Positions 53,634 through 63,827 are shown, numbered from the stretch's first letter. The stretch: 64,000 nt of DNA from an uncultured Candidatus Saccharibacteria bacterium (GCA_964524915.1 CAZGEB010000002.1:5094-69093); one strand, 5' to 3'. Numbers and translations: made by a program. The notes: generated by a model not told the origin, from the sequence alone.

Positions 53634-54986
53634 TCAATAGTAATCTCTCAACTTTTTGGTTTCTGGATGAGCTTTGATTTTTTCTAGAGCCTTAAATTCA
53701 ATCTGACGAATACGCTCACGAGTCACTCCAAATTCAGCGCCCACTTCTTCCAAAGTATGTTCTATATTATCATCCAAACCAAAACGCATACGCAAAACTC
53801 TTTGCTCTCTTGGGTCTAGCTCCTGCATGACCACCTGTGTGTAGGCTTTTAGCAGTTGCCTACCCGCAACCTCATTTGGACGACTCTGTACGTCATCTGC
53901 GGCGATCATATCACTCAAAGCAGATTCGTCTTCGTTGTCTGCGCTAATTGGAGAGTCTATGGAAACAGTGTCCTGAGAAATCTTTCTCAAATGATAAACC
54001 TTTTCCACATCAATACCCATTTCAGCAGCAATCTCTTCTGCCAGAGGTTCTCTTCCTAAATCTTGCACCAACTGTCTTTCTGCTTGAAAATATTTATTCA
54101 AAGTCTCTACCATGTGCACTGGAATGCGGATGGTACGAGACTGATCAGCCAATGCGCGAGTAATAGCCTGACGAATCCACCAAGTAGCATAAGTAGAAAA
54201 TTTATAGCCCTTTGTATAATCAAACTTCTCTACTGCGCGAAATAATCCCAAGTTTCCTTCTTGAATCAAATCAAGCAGGCTTAAATTTCTGCCGTTATAT
54301 TTTTTTGCGTTGGACACCACCAAACGCAAATTCGCCTCTGTCAATCTTTTCTTCGCCGCCACATCACCCTTGGCAATCCTCTTTGCCAGCTCTATTTCTT
54401 CTGTAGCAGAAAGCAACGGCACCTTACCAATTTCACGCAAATACATCTGAACAGAGTCATCATAAATATCCCCAAGGTCATAGGCCTCTGGCATCTCAAC
54501 TGACTTCTTGTTTGTAGATCCTTTTGCTGGTACCGATTGTTCCCACACACCAGCCACCTCCTGATCTACCACTTCTATGCCATTTCTCTCAAGTTCAGAC
54601 AAAATTCTTTCCAGAGCCACCACATCCTCTTCCAGCTTTGGCAGCACGTGCAAAACTTCTGCTTCAGTAATAAAAGAACGCGTTTGACCCTTCTTGAGCA
54701 AACTCTGTAAAGCTTTCATGTGCTCAGCATCCAAAGGCACAGACGGTGGCAAAACCACCTTTCGGGCAGTCTTAGTTTTATTTACAGAAGCTTTCACGGA
54801 CTTCTTTTTATTATTTTTTCTCACGGCAGAAGCTTTTGTCTTTGCGGTAGCCTTATGTGAACCAGAAACAGATTTATGAATCGGCTTCTTCTTTGCAGGC
54901 TTCGCCTTTTTGTGCACCTTCAAAACAGCCTTTTTATTTTTCAAAGGTTTTTTTGAAATTGCTTTCTTGGCCATCTTTTTTACCAT
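53634..54986 (-). CDS. rpoD: RNA polymerase sigma factor RpoD (sigma-70) with Lys-rich N-terminus
   Basis: Regions 2.x ([13 protein letters not shown]) and 4.2 ([19 protein letters not shown]). Confidence 0.95.
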   Translation of the reverse strand: MVKKMAKKAISKKPLKNKKAVLKVHKKAKPAKKKPIHKSVSGSHKATAKTKASAVRKNNKKKSVKASVNKTKTARKVVLPPSVPLDAEHMKALQSLLKKGQTRSFITEAEVLHVLPKLEEDVVALERILSELERNGIEVVDQEVAGVWEQSVPAKGSTNKKSVEMPEAYDLGDIYDDSVQMYLREIGKVPLLSATEEIELAKRIAKGDVAAKKRLTEANLRLVVSNAKKYNGRNLSLLDLIQEGNLGLFRAVEKFDYTKGYKFSTYATWWIRQAITRALADQSRTIRIPVHMVETLNKYFQAERQLVQDLGREPLAEEIAAEMGIDVEKVYHLRKISQDTVSIDSPISADNEDESALSDMIAADDVQSRPNEVAGRQLLKAYTQVVMQELDPREQRVLRMRFGLDDNIEHTLEEVGAEFGVTRERIRQIEFKALEKIKAHPETKKLRDYY

Positions 54987-55022
54987 AAAATTTAACTAAC
55001 AAAAAATTAATGAAACAAATAA

Positions 55023-56756
55023 TTACTGTTCCAACAAAAGACGCTTCTGGGCAAGATCTGCCGCAGAAGTTTTTAAAAATTTTATAGACTCTAAGTCGCC
55101 TTGATTTTGGGCCTCTTGAAGTTTCAAAGAAATTTCCTTCAGGCTTCTAGAAAGACCCCTTTGGCGTAGAAGACGGCAGCTCTTTTCCAACTGTTCTAAG
55201 ACATCGCTGGCACTACCATTCTCCGAATTTTGATATAGTGATTCTACCACAAACTCAGCCTCTTTGGCTATAGGTAAACTTTTGACCAAAGCCACCTCTC
55301 CACGCATCAAAAGATCCACTATTTTTTTATTTTCAGTACCCACAAAATCATCAGACGAAATGCCCAAGTCTCTTGCGAAAGCCATCAATTTTTCAAAGAG
55401 CAAAAAGCCTCCCAAAACCTGTTTTTCCAAACCAAACTGCTGACCACTCTCTACTTCCACACTTTTATCACTACTACCCTCCAGTGCCAAAGACAGGCCA
55501 TGCTCAGAAATCCCAAGTTCAGAGACCACCCTGTCTTGCCAGTGCTCCCTCTCAAGCGGGTCTTTGATTAATTTTAATAATGGAGTTAAAAACTCAGTTG
55601 CAAACTTTACCCGACTTAAACTACCCGAGGTATGTAAAGTTTTCGCCATTTGAATATAATGATCCAAAACATGCTTTTTACTAGCCAAAGCCATTTTCCA
55701 AGCTTCTAAATTTGTGCGGATCAACTCATCTGGATCCTTACTCTCTCCCAAGGACACCACAAAAACCTCCAGGCCAATGCCCAAACAAGACAATGCCGCC
55801 TTGCGCAGAGCCTCCTGCCCAGCTTTGTCACTATCAAAACATAAAATAATAGAGCCGGCCACTCGCCTAACCACCTTGGCCTGAATTTCTGTAAAAGCTG
55901 TTCCGGAAGTTGCTACAGTATTTTCAAAACCCGCTTGATGACAACTAATACAATCCATCTGCCCCTCCACCACAAGCAACTCCTTGCTCTTTGCCGCAAA
56001 TTCTTTTGCCTGAAAAAGACCAAATAAAATTTCACTCTTGTGATATATAGGACTTTCGGCGCTGTTTACATATTTAGCAAAATTGGCATTTGCCTCCAAA
56101 ATTCTCGCACTAAATCCCACTACTTGTCCGCGAATATTAAAAATGGGAAAAGTTACTCGACCCCGAAACCTGTCGTAAAAAATATTTTTATCGCTGCGAG
56201 AATAAATCCCGCTACGAACAATTTTGTCTCCAGAAATCTTATACTTGGCCAATTCCTTAAGCACAGCCTGACCATCCATAGGACAAAAACCAATTTTCCA
56301 TTTTTTGATAGTTTGCAAAGTAAGGCCGCGACCAGACAAATATTTAAGCGCGGCAACCCCTGAAGGAGACAAAAGCGTGCGATGGTAAAACTCAGCTGCA
56401 AAGGCTGCTATTTTCAAAAGCTCTTCTTTTTCTTGCTTGTTTTTTTTCTCTCCTGGATCAAAGCTTGGCAATTCTATTCCCGCTTGTTCTGCCAGCATTT
56501 CCAAAGCTTCACGAAATTCCAATTTTTCAATCTTCTGAACAAAACTAATTACATCCCCGCCTTCCCCACAGCCAAAACAATGCCAGATCTGCCTTGCAGG
56601 GGTCACGTGAAAACTAGGAGTTTTTTCACCGTGGAAAGGACAAAGGCCCCGAAAATTTACACCGGCTCTTTTAAGCGGCATGTAGCGACTTATAACCTCG
56701 GCAACGTCTAAACGACTCTTTACCTCCTCTACTGAATTGTTTTGCGAAGCTTGCAT
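55023..56756 (-). CDS. dnaG: DNA primase
   Basis: Zinc finger CPFHGEKTPSFHV..WHCFGCGEGGDVISF and Toprim EGQMD. Confidence 0.9.
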   Translation of the reverse strand: MQASQNNSVEEVKSRLDVAEVISRYMPLKRAGVNFRGLCPFHGEKTPSFHVTPARQIWHCFGCGEGGDVISFVQKIEKLEFREALEMLAEQAGIELPSFDPGEKKNKQEKEELLKIAAFAAEFYHRTLLSPSGVAALKYLSGRGLTLQTIKKWKIGFCPMDGQAVLKELAKYKISGDKIVRSGIYSRSDKNIFYDRFRGRVTFPIFNIRGQVVGFSARILEANANFAKYVNSAESPIYHKSEILFGLFQAKEFAAKSKELLVVEGQMDCISCHQAGFENTVATSGTAFTEIQAKVVRRVAGSIILCFDSDKAGQEALRKAALSCLGIGLEVFVVSLGESKDPDELIRTNLEAWKMALASKKHVLDHYIQMAKTLHTSGSLSRVKFATEFLTPLLKLIKDPLEREHWQDRVVSELGISEHGLSLALEGSSDKSVEVESGQQFGLEKQVLGGFLLFEKLMAFARDLGISSDDFVGTENKKIVDLLMRGEVALVKSLPIAKEAEFVVESLYQNSENGSASDVLEQLEKSCRLLRQRGLSRSLKEISLKLQEAQNQGDLESIKFLKTSAADLAQKRLLLEQ

Positions 56757-56898
56757 ACTCTTACTTTACTCGTTTCTACCCACTTTGACAAACACGATAT
56801 TATGGTAAAATATAGTAGGTGTTACCCTTGCAAATACTGGTTAAAATTGGCGTAAATCAACAGTCGCTGGCATTAGAGATATCCTCAAAAACTCATTA

Positions 56899-57891
56899 AT
56901 GGAAAATGAAATTACAATCTATAAAGCAGAAAATGGACCAGAAGTAAGGGTTCAATTTGAAGATGAAACTGTATGGCTGACGCAAGCACAAATGGCTGAA
57001 TTATTCCAGAAAGACGTCCGCACCATTTCTTTTCATATTAAAGCCATTTATAAAGAAAAAGAATTAGAAATAGCCAAAACCTCCCGCAAACAAGCCAATT
57101 CTCATATTATTGGAATTGGCTTAAATAAGCCAACTACTTATTATAACTTGGATGTGATTATTTCAGTTGGCTACAGAGTCAAATCAAAACGCGGCACACA
57201 GTTTCGTATCTGGGCAACTGCGAAACTTCGGGACTATATGCTGAAAGGTTTTGCGGTCAACGCAGACAAGCTAAAAGAAAAAAATAGCAATAGTCTAAAA
57301 GAACTAGAGGGTGCGGTAAAACTTTTGCAAGGAGCCATAGAATCCGGCCGCCTGGATGGTTATGAAAAAGAATTGCTAAAAATCATCACCGACTATACTG
57401 ACACATGGGTACTGCTAAACAAATACGATCATGACCAGCTCAAGATAGAGAACACCACCAAGAAAGTCATATTTAAATTAGACTACGAAAATATCACTGC
57501 GTCTATCCAGCAATTTAAAAAGAGATTAATAGTAAAGGGCGAAGCTACCTCTCTTTTTGGTAAAGAATCAGGAGACAAACTCCAAGGACTTTTAGGCAAC
57601 ATAGAACAAACTTTTGACGGCAAGCCAGTTTATGAAAGCCTAGAAGAAAAAGCCGCCCACCTCCTTTACTTTGCTATAAAGGATCATCCTTTTGTAGACG
57701 GAAACAAGCGCATCGGCTCCCTACTTTTCTTGCTCTATTTAATAAAGAATCACAGTCTATATAACAAACGTGGTGAACGCAAACTAAACGACAATGCCCT
57801 AGCCGCCCTCGCCCTTTTGATTGCCGAAAGCAAACCAGAACAAAAAGATATAATGGTCAGGCTAGTAGTGAATTTGATAAATAAAAAATGA
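56899..57891 (+). CDS. RhuM-family protein with C-terminal Fic/Doc domain
   Basis: RhuM-like N-terminus (EVRVQFEDETVWLTQAQMAELF) and Fic motif HPFVDGNKRIGS. Confidence 0.7.
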   Translation: MENEITIYKAENGPEVRVQFEDETVWLTQAQMAELFQKDVRTISFHIKAIYKEKELEIAKTSRKQANSHIIGIGLNKPTTYYNLDVIISVGYRVKSKRGTQFRIWATAKLRDYMLKGFAVNADKLKEKNSNSLKELEGAVKLLQGAIESGRLDGYEKELLKIITDYTDTWVLLNKYDHDQLKIENTTKKVIFKLDYENITASIQQFKKRLIVKGEATSLFGKESGDKLQGLLGNIEQTFDGKPVYESLEEKAAHLLYFAIKDHPFVDGNKRIGSLLFLLYLIKNHSLYNKRGERKLNDNALAALALLIAESKPEQKDIMVRLVVNLINKK

Positions 57892-57898
57892 TGAATCT

Positions 57899-58306
57899 AT
57901 GGCGAATCTATACGTAGTGTCTACTTTTATGTCCGAAGAAATGGCTAGCTATAGCCATGAGCTATTTTCCGCACTCACCAAAAGAGGCATAGTATGCCTC
58001 AAACCATCTTTTTCTGGAAAAGCAGAAGAAAGTAAAAAGCAAGCAGAAGAACTATTCCTCCACCTATGTTTAGACATAACAAAAGCTGAAACAATACTCT
58101 TTATTGCAGAAAACGAAACTACAGACTGGGGAGCGGTTTTAGGTTTTGCATATGGACTAAAAAAGGAGATTATTATTTTAGCAGAAGAGGATACCTACAT
58201 TTCTTTTATGGCGTCTCGTATGAAAACCAAATCACTTAGGGTTAAATCCATAAAAGAAATCGAAGCATATGCTGACAACTTAGCAGAATTAATCAAAAAG
58301 GACTAA
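57899..58306 (+). CDS. hypothetical protein, possibly nucleoside 2-deoxyribosyltransferase-like fold
   Basis: LYVVSTF...DWGAVLGFAYGLKKEIIILAEE is a weak resemblance only. Confidence 0.3.
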   Translation: MANLYVVSTFMSEEMASYSHELFSALTKRGIVCLKPSFSGKAEESKKQAEELFLHLCLDITKAETILFIAENETTDWGAVLGFAYGLKKEIIILAEEDTYISFMASRMKTKSLRVKSIKEIEAYADNLAELIKKD

Positions 58307-58316
58307 CATATCAGAC

Positions 58317-58895
58317 ATGAAAGTTATCCTAGGAACAGTCGCCGCGGTACTATCCATTGCCGCCACCATTCCTTATATAATAGATACCTATAAAGGAACA
58401 ACCAAGCCGCATTCTATCTCTTGGTTTATTTGGGGTACTCTTGCTGGAATTATTTTTCTAGCTCAAATTTTAAATGGGGGTGGTAGCGGAGCTTGGGCAA
58501 CAGGCATGGTAGCCGCACTAAACCTTTTTGTTTTTTTCCTATCGCTCAAACACGGAGAAAAACACATCACACCATTTGACTGGACATGTTTGGGTGTGGC
58601 TATAGTCGCCATTTTAATATGGCTAATAATAAAAGATCCAACAATCGCCATTATCATCATAAGTGCTGTAGATTTAACAGGCGCCCTTCCAACCATAAGA
58701 AAACTCTATAGTAAGCCCTACGAAGAAACCCTAAAAACATACATTTTATATTTCATCACCTGGACACTTTCACTTGCTGCACTAAAGAATTATAATCTAA
58801 TTACAGTACTAGACACAGCCACCCTACTAGTAATGAATTTTGCAATCATTATGATTACGGTCGTAAGAAGGGAGCAACAAAAAAATGACAAGTAG
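58317..58895 (+). CDS. hypothetical 6-TM membrane protein
   Basis: Six predicted TM helices. No motif. Confidence 0.4.
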   Translation: MKVILGTVAAVLSIAATIPYIIDTYKGTTKPHSISWFIWGTLAGIIFLAQILNGGGSGAWATGMVAALNLFVFFLSLKHGEKHITPFDWTCLGVAIVAILIWLIIKDPTIAIIIISAVDLTGALPTIRKLYSKPYEETLKTYILYFITWTLSLAALKNYNLITVLDTATLLVMNFAIIMITVVRREQQKNDK

Positions 58896-59271
58896 GAAAG
58901 ATCTCCCATTATTGAGTAATATTTTCTTCCTGGCGCCAGTTTATATGGCCGTTCAATGGTCTATTTTCTGGTACTCTGTGGTCCTGGTCGGACTGCTACT
59001 CGCATCAACCGCGCACCATTATTACCCAGAACACAATTCCATAGACAAAACAGACACAATGATTTCTCGAGCACTAATGCTCGCCAATACTCTCCTGCTG
59101 GTGATGGGTCATTTCACACCACTAATATACTCAATGGCCACAATCGCATCGGCGATTATTGCAGTTTATTTATTTCGTATACAAAAAAGAAATTATGATA
59201 TTATACACACTGGTTTTCACATTTTTTCCAGCCTGGTCTGCATTTTCTCATTACTAACTTACCGCAACTAA
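58885..59271 (+). CDS. hypothetical 4-TM membrane protein
   Basis: Hydrophobic segments. No motif. Confidence 0.35.
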   Translation: MTSRKDLPLLSNIFFLAPVYMAVQWSIFWYSVVLVGLLLASTAHHYYPEHNSIDKTDTMISRALMLANTLLLVMGHFTPLIYSMATIASAIIAVYLFRIQKRNYDIIHTGFHIFSSLVCIFSLLTYRN

Positions 59272-59278
59272 ATTATCC

Positions 59279-60604
59279 ATGACCAAACTTAAACCCTCCA
59301 AAAAAACCATTTATTTAGACCACGCGGCTACTACCCCAATCCGCGAAGAAGTCTTGCGCGTGATGAAGCCATATTTTGCAGAAAAATTTGGTAACCCTTC
59401 TAGTCTTTACAAGCTGGGAGTAGAAGCAAAGAATGCAATAGAGGATGCTAGAAAATCTATTGCGGAGAATCTAAACGCCAGAGCAGAAGAAATCATTTTT
59501 ACCGCTGGAGGTAGTGAGAGTGTAAATTTGGGAATACTTGGAGTTGCCAAGAATCACAAAGCAAAACAACCTCTCTCTATCTCTCCCCTCACAAGGCGAG
59601 AAAACCGGAAAAGAACGCACGGACACATCATCACTTCCAAAATAGAGCATCATGCTGTATTAAATACATTAGAACAACTGGAAAAAGAGGGCTTTGCCGT
59701 GACACAAATCAGTGTGGACAATGAAGGTTTTTTTGATATTGAAGAATTTAAAAAAGCTATCCGCCCAGATACTTTTCTGGTAAGTCTCATGTACGCCAAT
59801 AATGAAATAGGCACCATAGAGCCTATCCGTGAAATTTCAAAAATAATCAAACAGGAAAATCTACACCGCTTCCAACTAAAAACTAAAAACTCTCAACTAA
59901 AAACCCCCATCCTCCTCCACACCGACGCCTGCCAAGCAGCTGGCTTTTTGGATCTAAATGTGCAAAGACTTGGCGTGGACCTAATGAGCATCAATGCCAG
60001 TAAAATCTACGGCCCCAAACAAATTGGTTGCTTGTATGCAAAAAAAGGGATCGCCCTCTCCCCTATTATTTTTGGGGGCGGGCAAGAAAGAAATCTCAGG
60101 AGCGGTACAGAGAATGTTGCAGGCATAGTTGGTTTTGCTAAAGCTTTGGAATTGGCGGCTTTGGAAAGAGATAAAGAGGTACAGAGACTAGAGAAATTAA
60201 GGGATTATTTATTTAAAGAAATAATTAAAATAAATAAAAACTCTGTTTTAAATGGTCCGAGTATCGCAAATACAACCTCTCCCCTAACCCCTCTCCTCAG
60301 AAGGCGAGGGGAAACAGGTCGCCGCCTACCAAATAATTTAAATATTACATTTCCAAATGCTGAAGGTGAAGCGCTCATGCTTTACTTGGATGCTTACAAT
60401 ATCGCAGTTTCCACAGGGAGCGCCTGCACGGCCTACGAAACTGACCCTTCTCATGTACTGAAAGCTGTTGGGTTAAGCGATGAGGATGCCAAATCTAGCC
60501 TGCGCATCACATTGGGAAAATCTACCAACAAAAAAGATTTAGAGTACTTTATAAAAGCCCTCAAAGAAACTCTCGAAATAGTTTCAAAAAATACAGTTGC
60601 GTAA
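59279..60604 (+). CDS. iscS: cysteine desulfurase (IscS/NifS family) carrying two in-frame repeat insertions
   Basis: LDHAATTP, PLP-Lys SINASKIYGPKQIG, active Cys STGSACTA. Insertions at 59571-59610 (SISPLTRRENRKRT) and 60271-60320 (TSPLTPLLRRRGETGRRL). Confidence 0.9.
   Translation: MTKLKPSKKTIYLDHAATTPIREEVLRVMKPYFAEKFGNPSSLYKLGVEAKNAIEDARKSIAENLNARAEEIIFTAGGSESVNLGILGVAKNHKAKQPLSISPLTRRENRKRTHGHIITSKIEHHAVLNTLEQLEKEGFAVTQISVDNEGFFDIEEFKKAIRPDTFLVSLMYANNEIGTIEPIREISKIIKQENLHRFQLKTKNSQLKTPILLHTDACQAAGFLDLNVQRLGVDLMSINASKIYGPKQIGCLYAKKGIALSPIIFGGGQERNLRSGTENVAGIVGFAKALELAALERDKEVQRLEKLRDYLFKEIIKINKNSVLNGPSIANTTSPLTPLLRRRGETGRRLPNNLNITFPNAEGEALMLYLDAYNIAVSTGSACTAYETDPSHVLKAVGLSDEDAKSSLRITLGKSTNKKDLEYFIKALKETLEIVSKNTVA
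59571..59610. repeat. degenerate GC-rich palindromic element (CTCTCCCC-TCACAA-GGCGAG) in frame in iscS
   Basis: Related to CCCTCCCCTCAGAAGGGGAGGG. Confidence 0.5.
60271..60320. repeat. GC-rich palindromic element (CTCTCCCCT-AA-CCCCTCTCC-TCAGAA-GGCGAGGGG) in frame in iscS
   Basis: Same TCAGAAGG loop as the 28981 copy. Confidence 0.6.
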
Positions 60605-60675
60605 ATACTGACTGCAATTATAAGACTTCTGGATAAGATAATGGTTGCTGTAAATTTAGTATTTATAAAACACTG

Positions 60676-60712
60676 GATCCCGGATATTTTTGGCTTTCTA
60701 AAAATATCCGGG
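60676..60712. promoter_or_regulatory. perfect 15-bp inverted repeat ATCCCGGATATTTTT-N7-AAAAATATCCGGGAT downstream of iscS
   Basis: No clean U-tract on either strand, so it may be an operator-like palindrome rather than a terminator. Confidence 0.4.
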
Positions 60713-60803
60713 ATGAAAAAAGTGCAGCAGAAAATTAAAAAGTATAGTTTTTAAAAGACCAAAAACAGTCGCTAAACAAGTCTTTTTCTGGAAAAATACA
60801 CAG

Positions 60804-60833
60804 TTGCACAAAATAGCAATATTTTGTTATAAT
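60804..60833 (+). promoter_or_regulatory. sigma-70-like promoter for tRNA-Tyr (TTGCAC-18-TATAAT)
   Basis: ttgcac at 60804-60809 and tataat at 60828-60833, about 10 bp before the tRNA 5' end. Confidence 0.5.
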
Positions 60834-60843
60834 GCAAATATGT

Positions 60844-60930
60844 GGGTCGGTGGCGGAGCGGTCAATCGCAGCTGACTGTAAATCAGCCGTCCTCGTGGCT
60901 ACGCAGGTTCGAATCCTGCCCGGCCCACCA
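60844..60930 (+). tRNA. tRNA-Tyr (anticodon GTA), class II with long variable arm, CCA encoded
   Basis: GGGTCGGTGGCGGAGCGGTCAATCGCAGCTGA-CTGTAAA-TCAGCCGTCCTCGTGGCTACGCAGGTTCGAATCCTGCCCGGCCCACCA. Confidence 0.85.
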
Positions 60931-61108
60931 CGAATCAAGCAAAAATTCTGGTTCATAGCATAGCTATTAAACCGAAACAAAGATCGAGGCGTGTCCTGCA
61001 CTGGAGGCTTTGCGACTAGCGCAGGACTATACAGATAGCGCTCAATGCTTACAAAACCTCATTAAATATTACGCGACTTCCTCAGCTAATATACAAAACC
61101 TCAATATT

Positions 61109-61141
61109 AAAACTGTCCCGCCTATGGCGGGACAGTTTTAA
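61109..61141. terminator. bidirectional intrinsic terminator between tRNA-Tyr(+) and rnj(-)
   Basis: aaaactgtcccgcc-tatg-gcgggacagtttt is a perfect 10-bp stem flanked by A/T runs on both sides. Confidence 0.7.
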
Positions 61142-61189
61142 TTATGCTGTTTTATCTGTGTAAATCTGCGTCCTAAATATCTGCGAACT

Positions 61190-63070
61190 TTACACTTCTA
61201 TAATCACCGGTAAGACCATGGGTCTACGATTGGTTTTGTGGAAGAGATACTCGCCCACTTGATCGCGAATCAAATTTCTGAGATAAGCAGAACCAGGCTC
61301 ATTAGCATCTTTAGGCTTCGCACCTTTCACTTCACAAGTCTTTCGTACTTCATGCTTGATCTCGCGGATGATATCTTCATTGCCCTTCATATAAATGAAG
61401 CCTCTAGAGACAATATCCGGCAAGTTGATTAGTTTTCCTGTGTGATGATCTATGGTAGTAATGATCACTACCATACCATCTTTTGCCATGACTTGGCGGT
61501 CCCTCAAAACCACTTCTTCTACATCCCCCACGCCAAGACCATCTACAAAGACATAACCAGCCTCCACTTTGTCATCCAAAAGTTTGGCTGAGCCGTCGCT
61601 GCGAATTTCTAGGACAGAGCCGTTATCCATCACAAAACAATTTTCTTGTGGTATGCCCACACTTTGCGCCAGCTTAGTATGCGCCACCAGCATGTGGTGT
61701 TCACCGTGAATTGGCACGAAGTATTTAGGTTTTACCAACCCAAACATCATTTTCAATTCTTCTTGCTGACCATGACCAGAAGAGTGAATATCTAGAACTT
61801 TATTATAAATCACATTGGCGCCCTGTCGAGTCAAATTGTCCAAGACCTCCACAATAGAGCCTTCATTGCCAGGAATTGGAGAAGAAGACAAAACTACAGT
61901 ATCACCTTGCTTGATCTTCACAATCTTGTGCTCGCCGCGGGACATTCTGGCCAAAGCAGACATTTCTTCACCTTGGGAACCAGTTGTCAAAACTACCAAT
62001 TGATTGTCTGGATACCTAGAAGCTGCTTCTGATTTAATAAAAATCTTCGGCTGGATCCTGAGGTAGCCCATAGACAAAGCAATTTCTATGGCGTTGACCA
62101 TACTTCTTCCAGTCACAATAATCTTACGATTATGCTTGGCAGCAGCATCACAAACTGATTGGATACGAGAAAGCAGTGATGAGAAAGTTGCTACTATCAT
62201 ACGAGATTTGGCATCTTGCATGATTCTATCAATCACATTTGCTAATTCTTTTTCACTCACACAGTATCCAGGCTTTTCAGCGTTGGTGGAGTCACCCATG
62301 AAAAGTATTACACCTTCGCCGCCGTACTTGGCAATCTTGTCAAATTCAGTTGGTCTTTGGTCAGTTGGTGTGTGGTCAAATTTCCAGTCAGTTGCGTAAA
62401 CTATTTTGCCTATTGGGGTAGAAATTCGGAAACCTACACAGTCTGGAATATTGTGATTCAAGCGGAAAAATTCTACATGAAAAACTCCGAGACTCAAAGT
62501 GTCATCCTTGGTAATAGGATTAACCTTTGCCCTACCCACCATATTAAATTCCTCAAGGCGCTTCTTGATCATAGCAATACTGAGTGGCATGCTATAAATA
62601 GGCGGATCCCCCAATTTTGCCAGCACATAAGGCAAGGCACCAATATGGTCCAAGTGAGCATGAGTCACTAAGATGCCACGAATTTTGTGCTTATTATCTT
62701 CTAAATATTTGGTATTTGGAATGATATAGTCAATTCCAGGAGTAGTTTCGTCTGGAAAATGAAAACCCATATCCACGATAATAATATCGTTACCAAATTC
62801 AAAAGCAGTACAGTTCATTCCCACTTCTTCCACACCACCCAAAGGAATTACCCTCAAAGTATTGCGATTGGTGAGGCCTGCGTGCAAAGTCGCACTAGAG
62901 ACTGGTCTGTCTAGGCCGCCAGCAGTTTTCTGTGTAGGCCTAGTATTTACCCGTCTGGCACTGCGAGTTAAAGGCAGTGGTGGCATTCTACGCTGAGGAG
63001 ACCTCCCCCTCCCATGAGGCTGCGATGGAGATTTTCCTCCTGCAGCAAAAGTATTCTTGTTGAATATCAT
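61190..63070 (-). CDS. rnj: ribonuclease J with ~70-aa Arg/Pro-rich N-terminal extension
   Basis: MBL motif THAHLDHIGALP, beta-CASP and C-terminal domain. N-terminal GRGRSPQRRMPPLPLTRSARR low-complexity extension. Confidence 0.9.
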   Translation of the reverse strand: MIFNKNTFAAGGKSPSQPHGRGRSPQRRMPPLPLTRSARRVNTRPTQKTAGGLDRPVSSATLHAGLTNRNTLRVIPLGGVEEVGMNCTAFEFGNDIIIVDMGFHFPDETTPGIDYIIPNTKYLEDNKHKIRGILVTHAHLDHIGALPYVLAKLGDPPIYSMPLSIAMIKKRLEEFNMVGRAKVNPITKDDTLSLGVFHVEFFRLNHNIPDCVGFRISTPIGKIVYATDWKFDHTPTDQRPTEFDKIAKYGGEGVILFMGDSTNAEKPGYCVSEKELANVIDRIMQDAKSRMIVATFSSLLSRIQSVCDAAAKHNRKIIVTGRSMVNAIEIALSMGYLRIQPKIFIKSEAASRYPDNQLVVLTTGSQGEEMSALARMSRGEHKIVKIKQGDTVVLSSSPIPGNEGSIVEVLDNLTRQGANVIYNKVLDIHSSGHGQQEELKMMFGLVKPKYFVPIHGEHHMLVAHTKLAQSVGIPQENCFVMDNGSVLEIRSDGSAKLLDDKVEAGYVFVDGLGVGDVEEVVLRDRQVMAKDGMVVIITTIDHHTGKLINLPDIVSRGFIYMKGNEDIIREIKHEVRKTCEVKGAKPKDANEPGSAYLRNLIRDQVGEYLFHKTNRRPMVLPVIIEV

Positions 63071-63280
63071 TTCTTTTTCTTAATTATCTATCCTAAAGGC
63101 GAAAACAAACACGCGAAATTACTGTGAATAAAAAAGTAATTATGCGAAGACAAAATTAATCGCAAGCAAAATGCTTTTCAAATTTTTATGTCTTGAAATA
63201 AAGTCTGAAAAAATCAGAGCCTATTCGCCAATATACCCAAGTGTACTTAAAATAAATACACTTGAAATACTCACGAAAAA

Positions 63281-63561
63281 TTATTTTTCTTTTTCAATAT
63301 CTATGACTGGACCATCGATTTGTTTCGGTTCTTGGACTTTTGAAATCCTTGCAAAAGTCTCTTTAAAAAGGGCTCCTTCTCCATCCAATACTGGACCCAC
63401 AACAACAGCGTCACCATGAACCAATACCACCCCCCATCAGGAGATAATATTCTGCCAGATTTTATAACCACAATCTCAGAATTAGTACCGCCTGGGGAAA
63501 TTATTCCTGGTTCACTTGTTAATTTTTTAAGCATAAAACTATTTTTTAAACTCAGCAACAC
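63281..63561 (-). pseudogene. beta-helix (bactofilin-like) small gene split by a frameshift at a C6/G6 tract
   Basis: Frame A MLKKLTSEPGIISPGGTNSEIVVIKSGRILSPDGG and frame B VLVHGDAVVVGPVLDGEGALFKETFARISKVQEPKQIDGPVIDIEKEK* join at 63430-63435. Either a true frameshift, phase variation or a homopolymer sequencing error. Confidence 0.3.
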
Positions 63562-63666
63562 TGGCGAAAATAAACCGCCCTAGATTCCCAAAACAACACC
63601 GCCCCTCCCCCACAACCTTGCGACTATATGTACCTTCGCCCAGCACTTTCCACAGCTTTAAGCTCT

Positions 63667-63740
63667 TGGTGCTCACGGGGAGAGTCGAACTCCCACGACC
63701 TTGCGGTCACCCAGACTCAGAGTCGGGGCGTATCTGCCAA
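63667..63740 (-). other. tRNA-like 3' fragment (T-arm + acceptor 3' strand + CCA) with non-canonical 5' half
   Basis: Reverse complement ends ...GGGAGTTCGACTCTCCC-CGTGAGC-A-CCA. The 5' region (TTGGCAGATACGCCCCGAC...) cannot pair with the acceptor 3' strand and lacks a D-arm. Contains a GACC-GCAA-GGTC hairpin. Confidence 0.3.
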
Positions 63741-63827
63741 TGGTGGGCGTGGAGAGACTCGAACTCTCACGAGATTGCTCCCATACGCACCTGAAGCGTA
63801 CGTGTATACCAATTTCACCACACGCCC
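63741..63827 (-). tRNA. tRNA-Leu (anticodon CAG), class II, CCA encoded
   Basis: Reverse complement GGGCGTGTGGTGAAATTGGTATACACGTACGC-TTCAGGT-GCGTATGGGAGCAATCTCGTGAGAGTTCGAGTCTCTCCACGCCCACCA. Confidence 0.85.

Noticed and set aside
60735-61001. 88-aa minus-strand ORF
   Set aside because: It overlaps the tRNA-Tyr gene and its promoter. There is no coding signature.
63667-63827. tmRNA (ssrA) 3' end, considered because of the encoded T-arm and CCA without a proper 5' half
   Set aside because: The space where a ~300-nt tmRNA body would lie is occupied by a canonical tRNA-Leu. No tag-peptide ORF or resume codon context was found.
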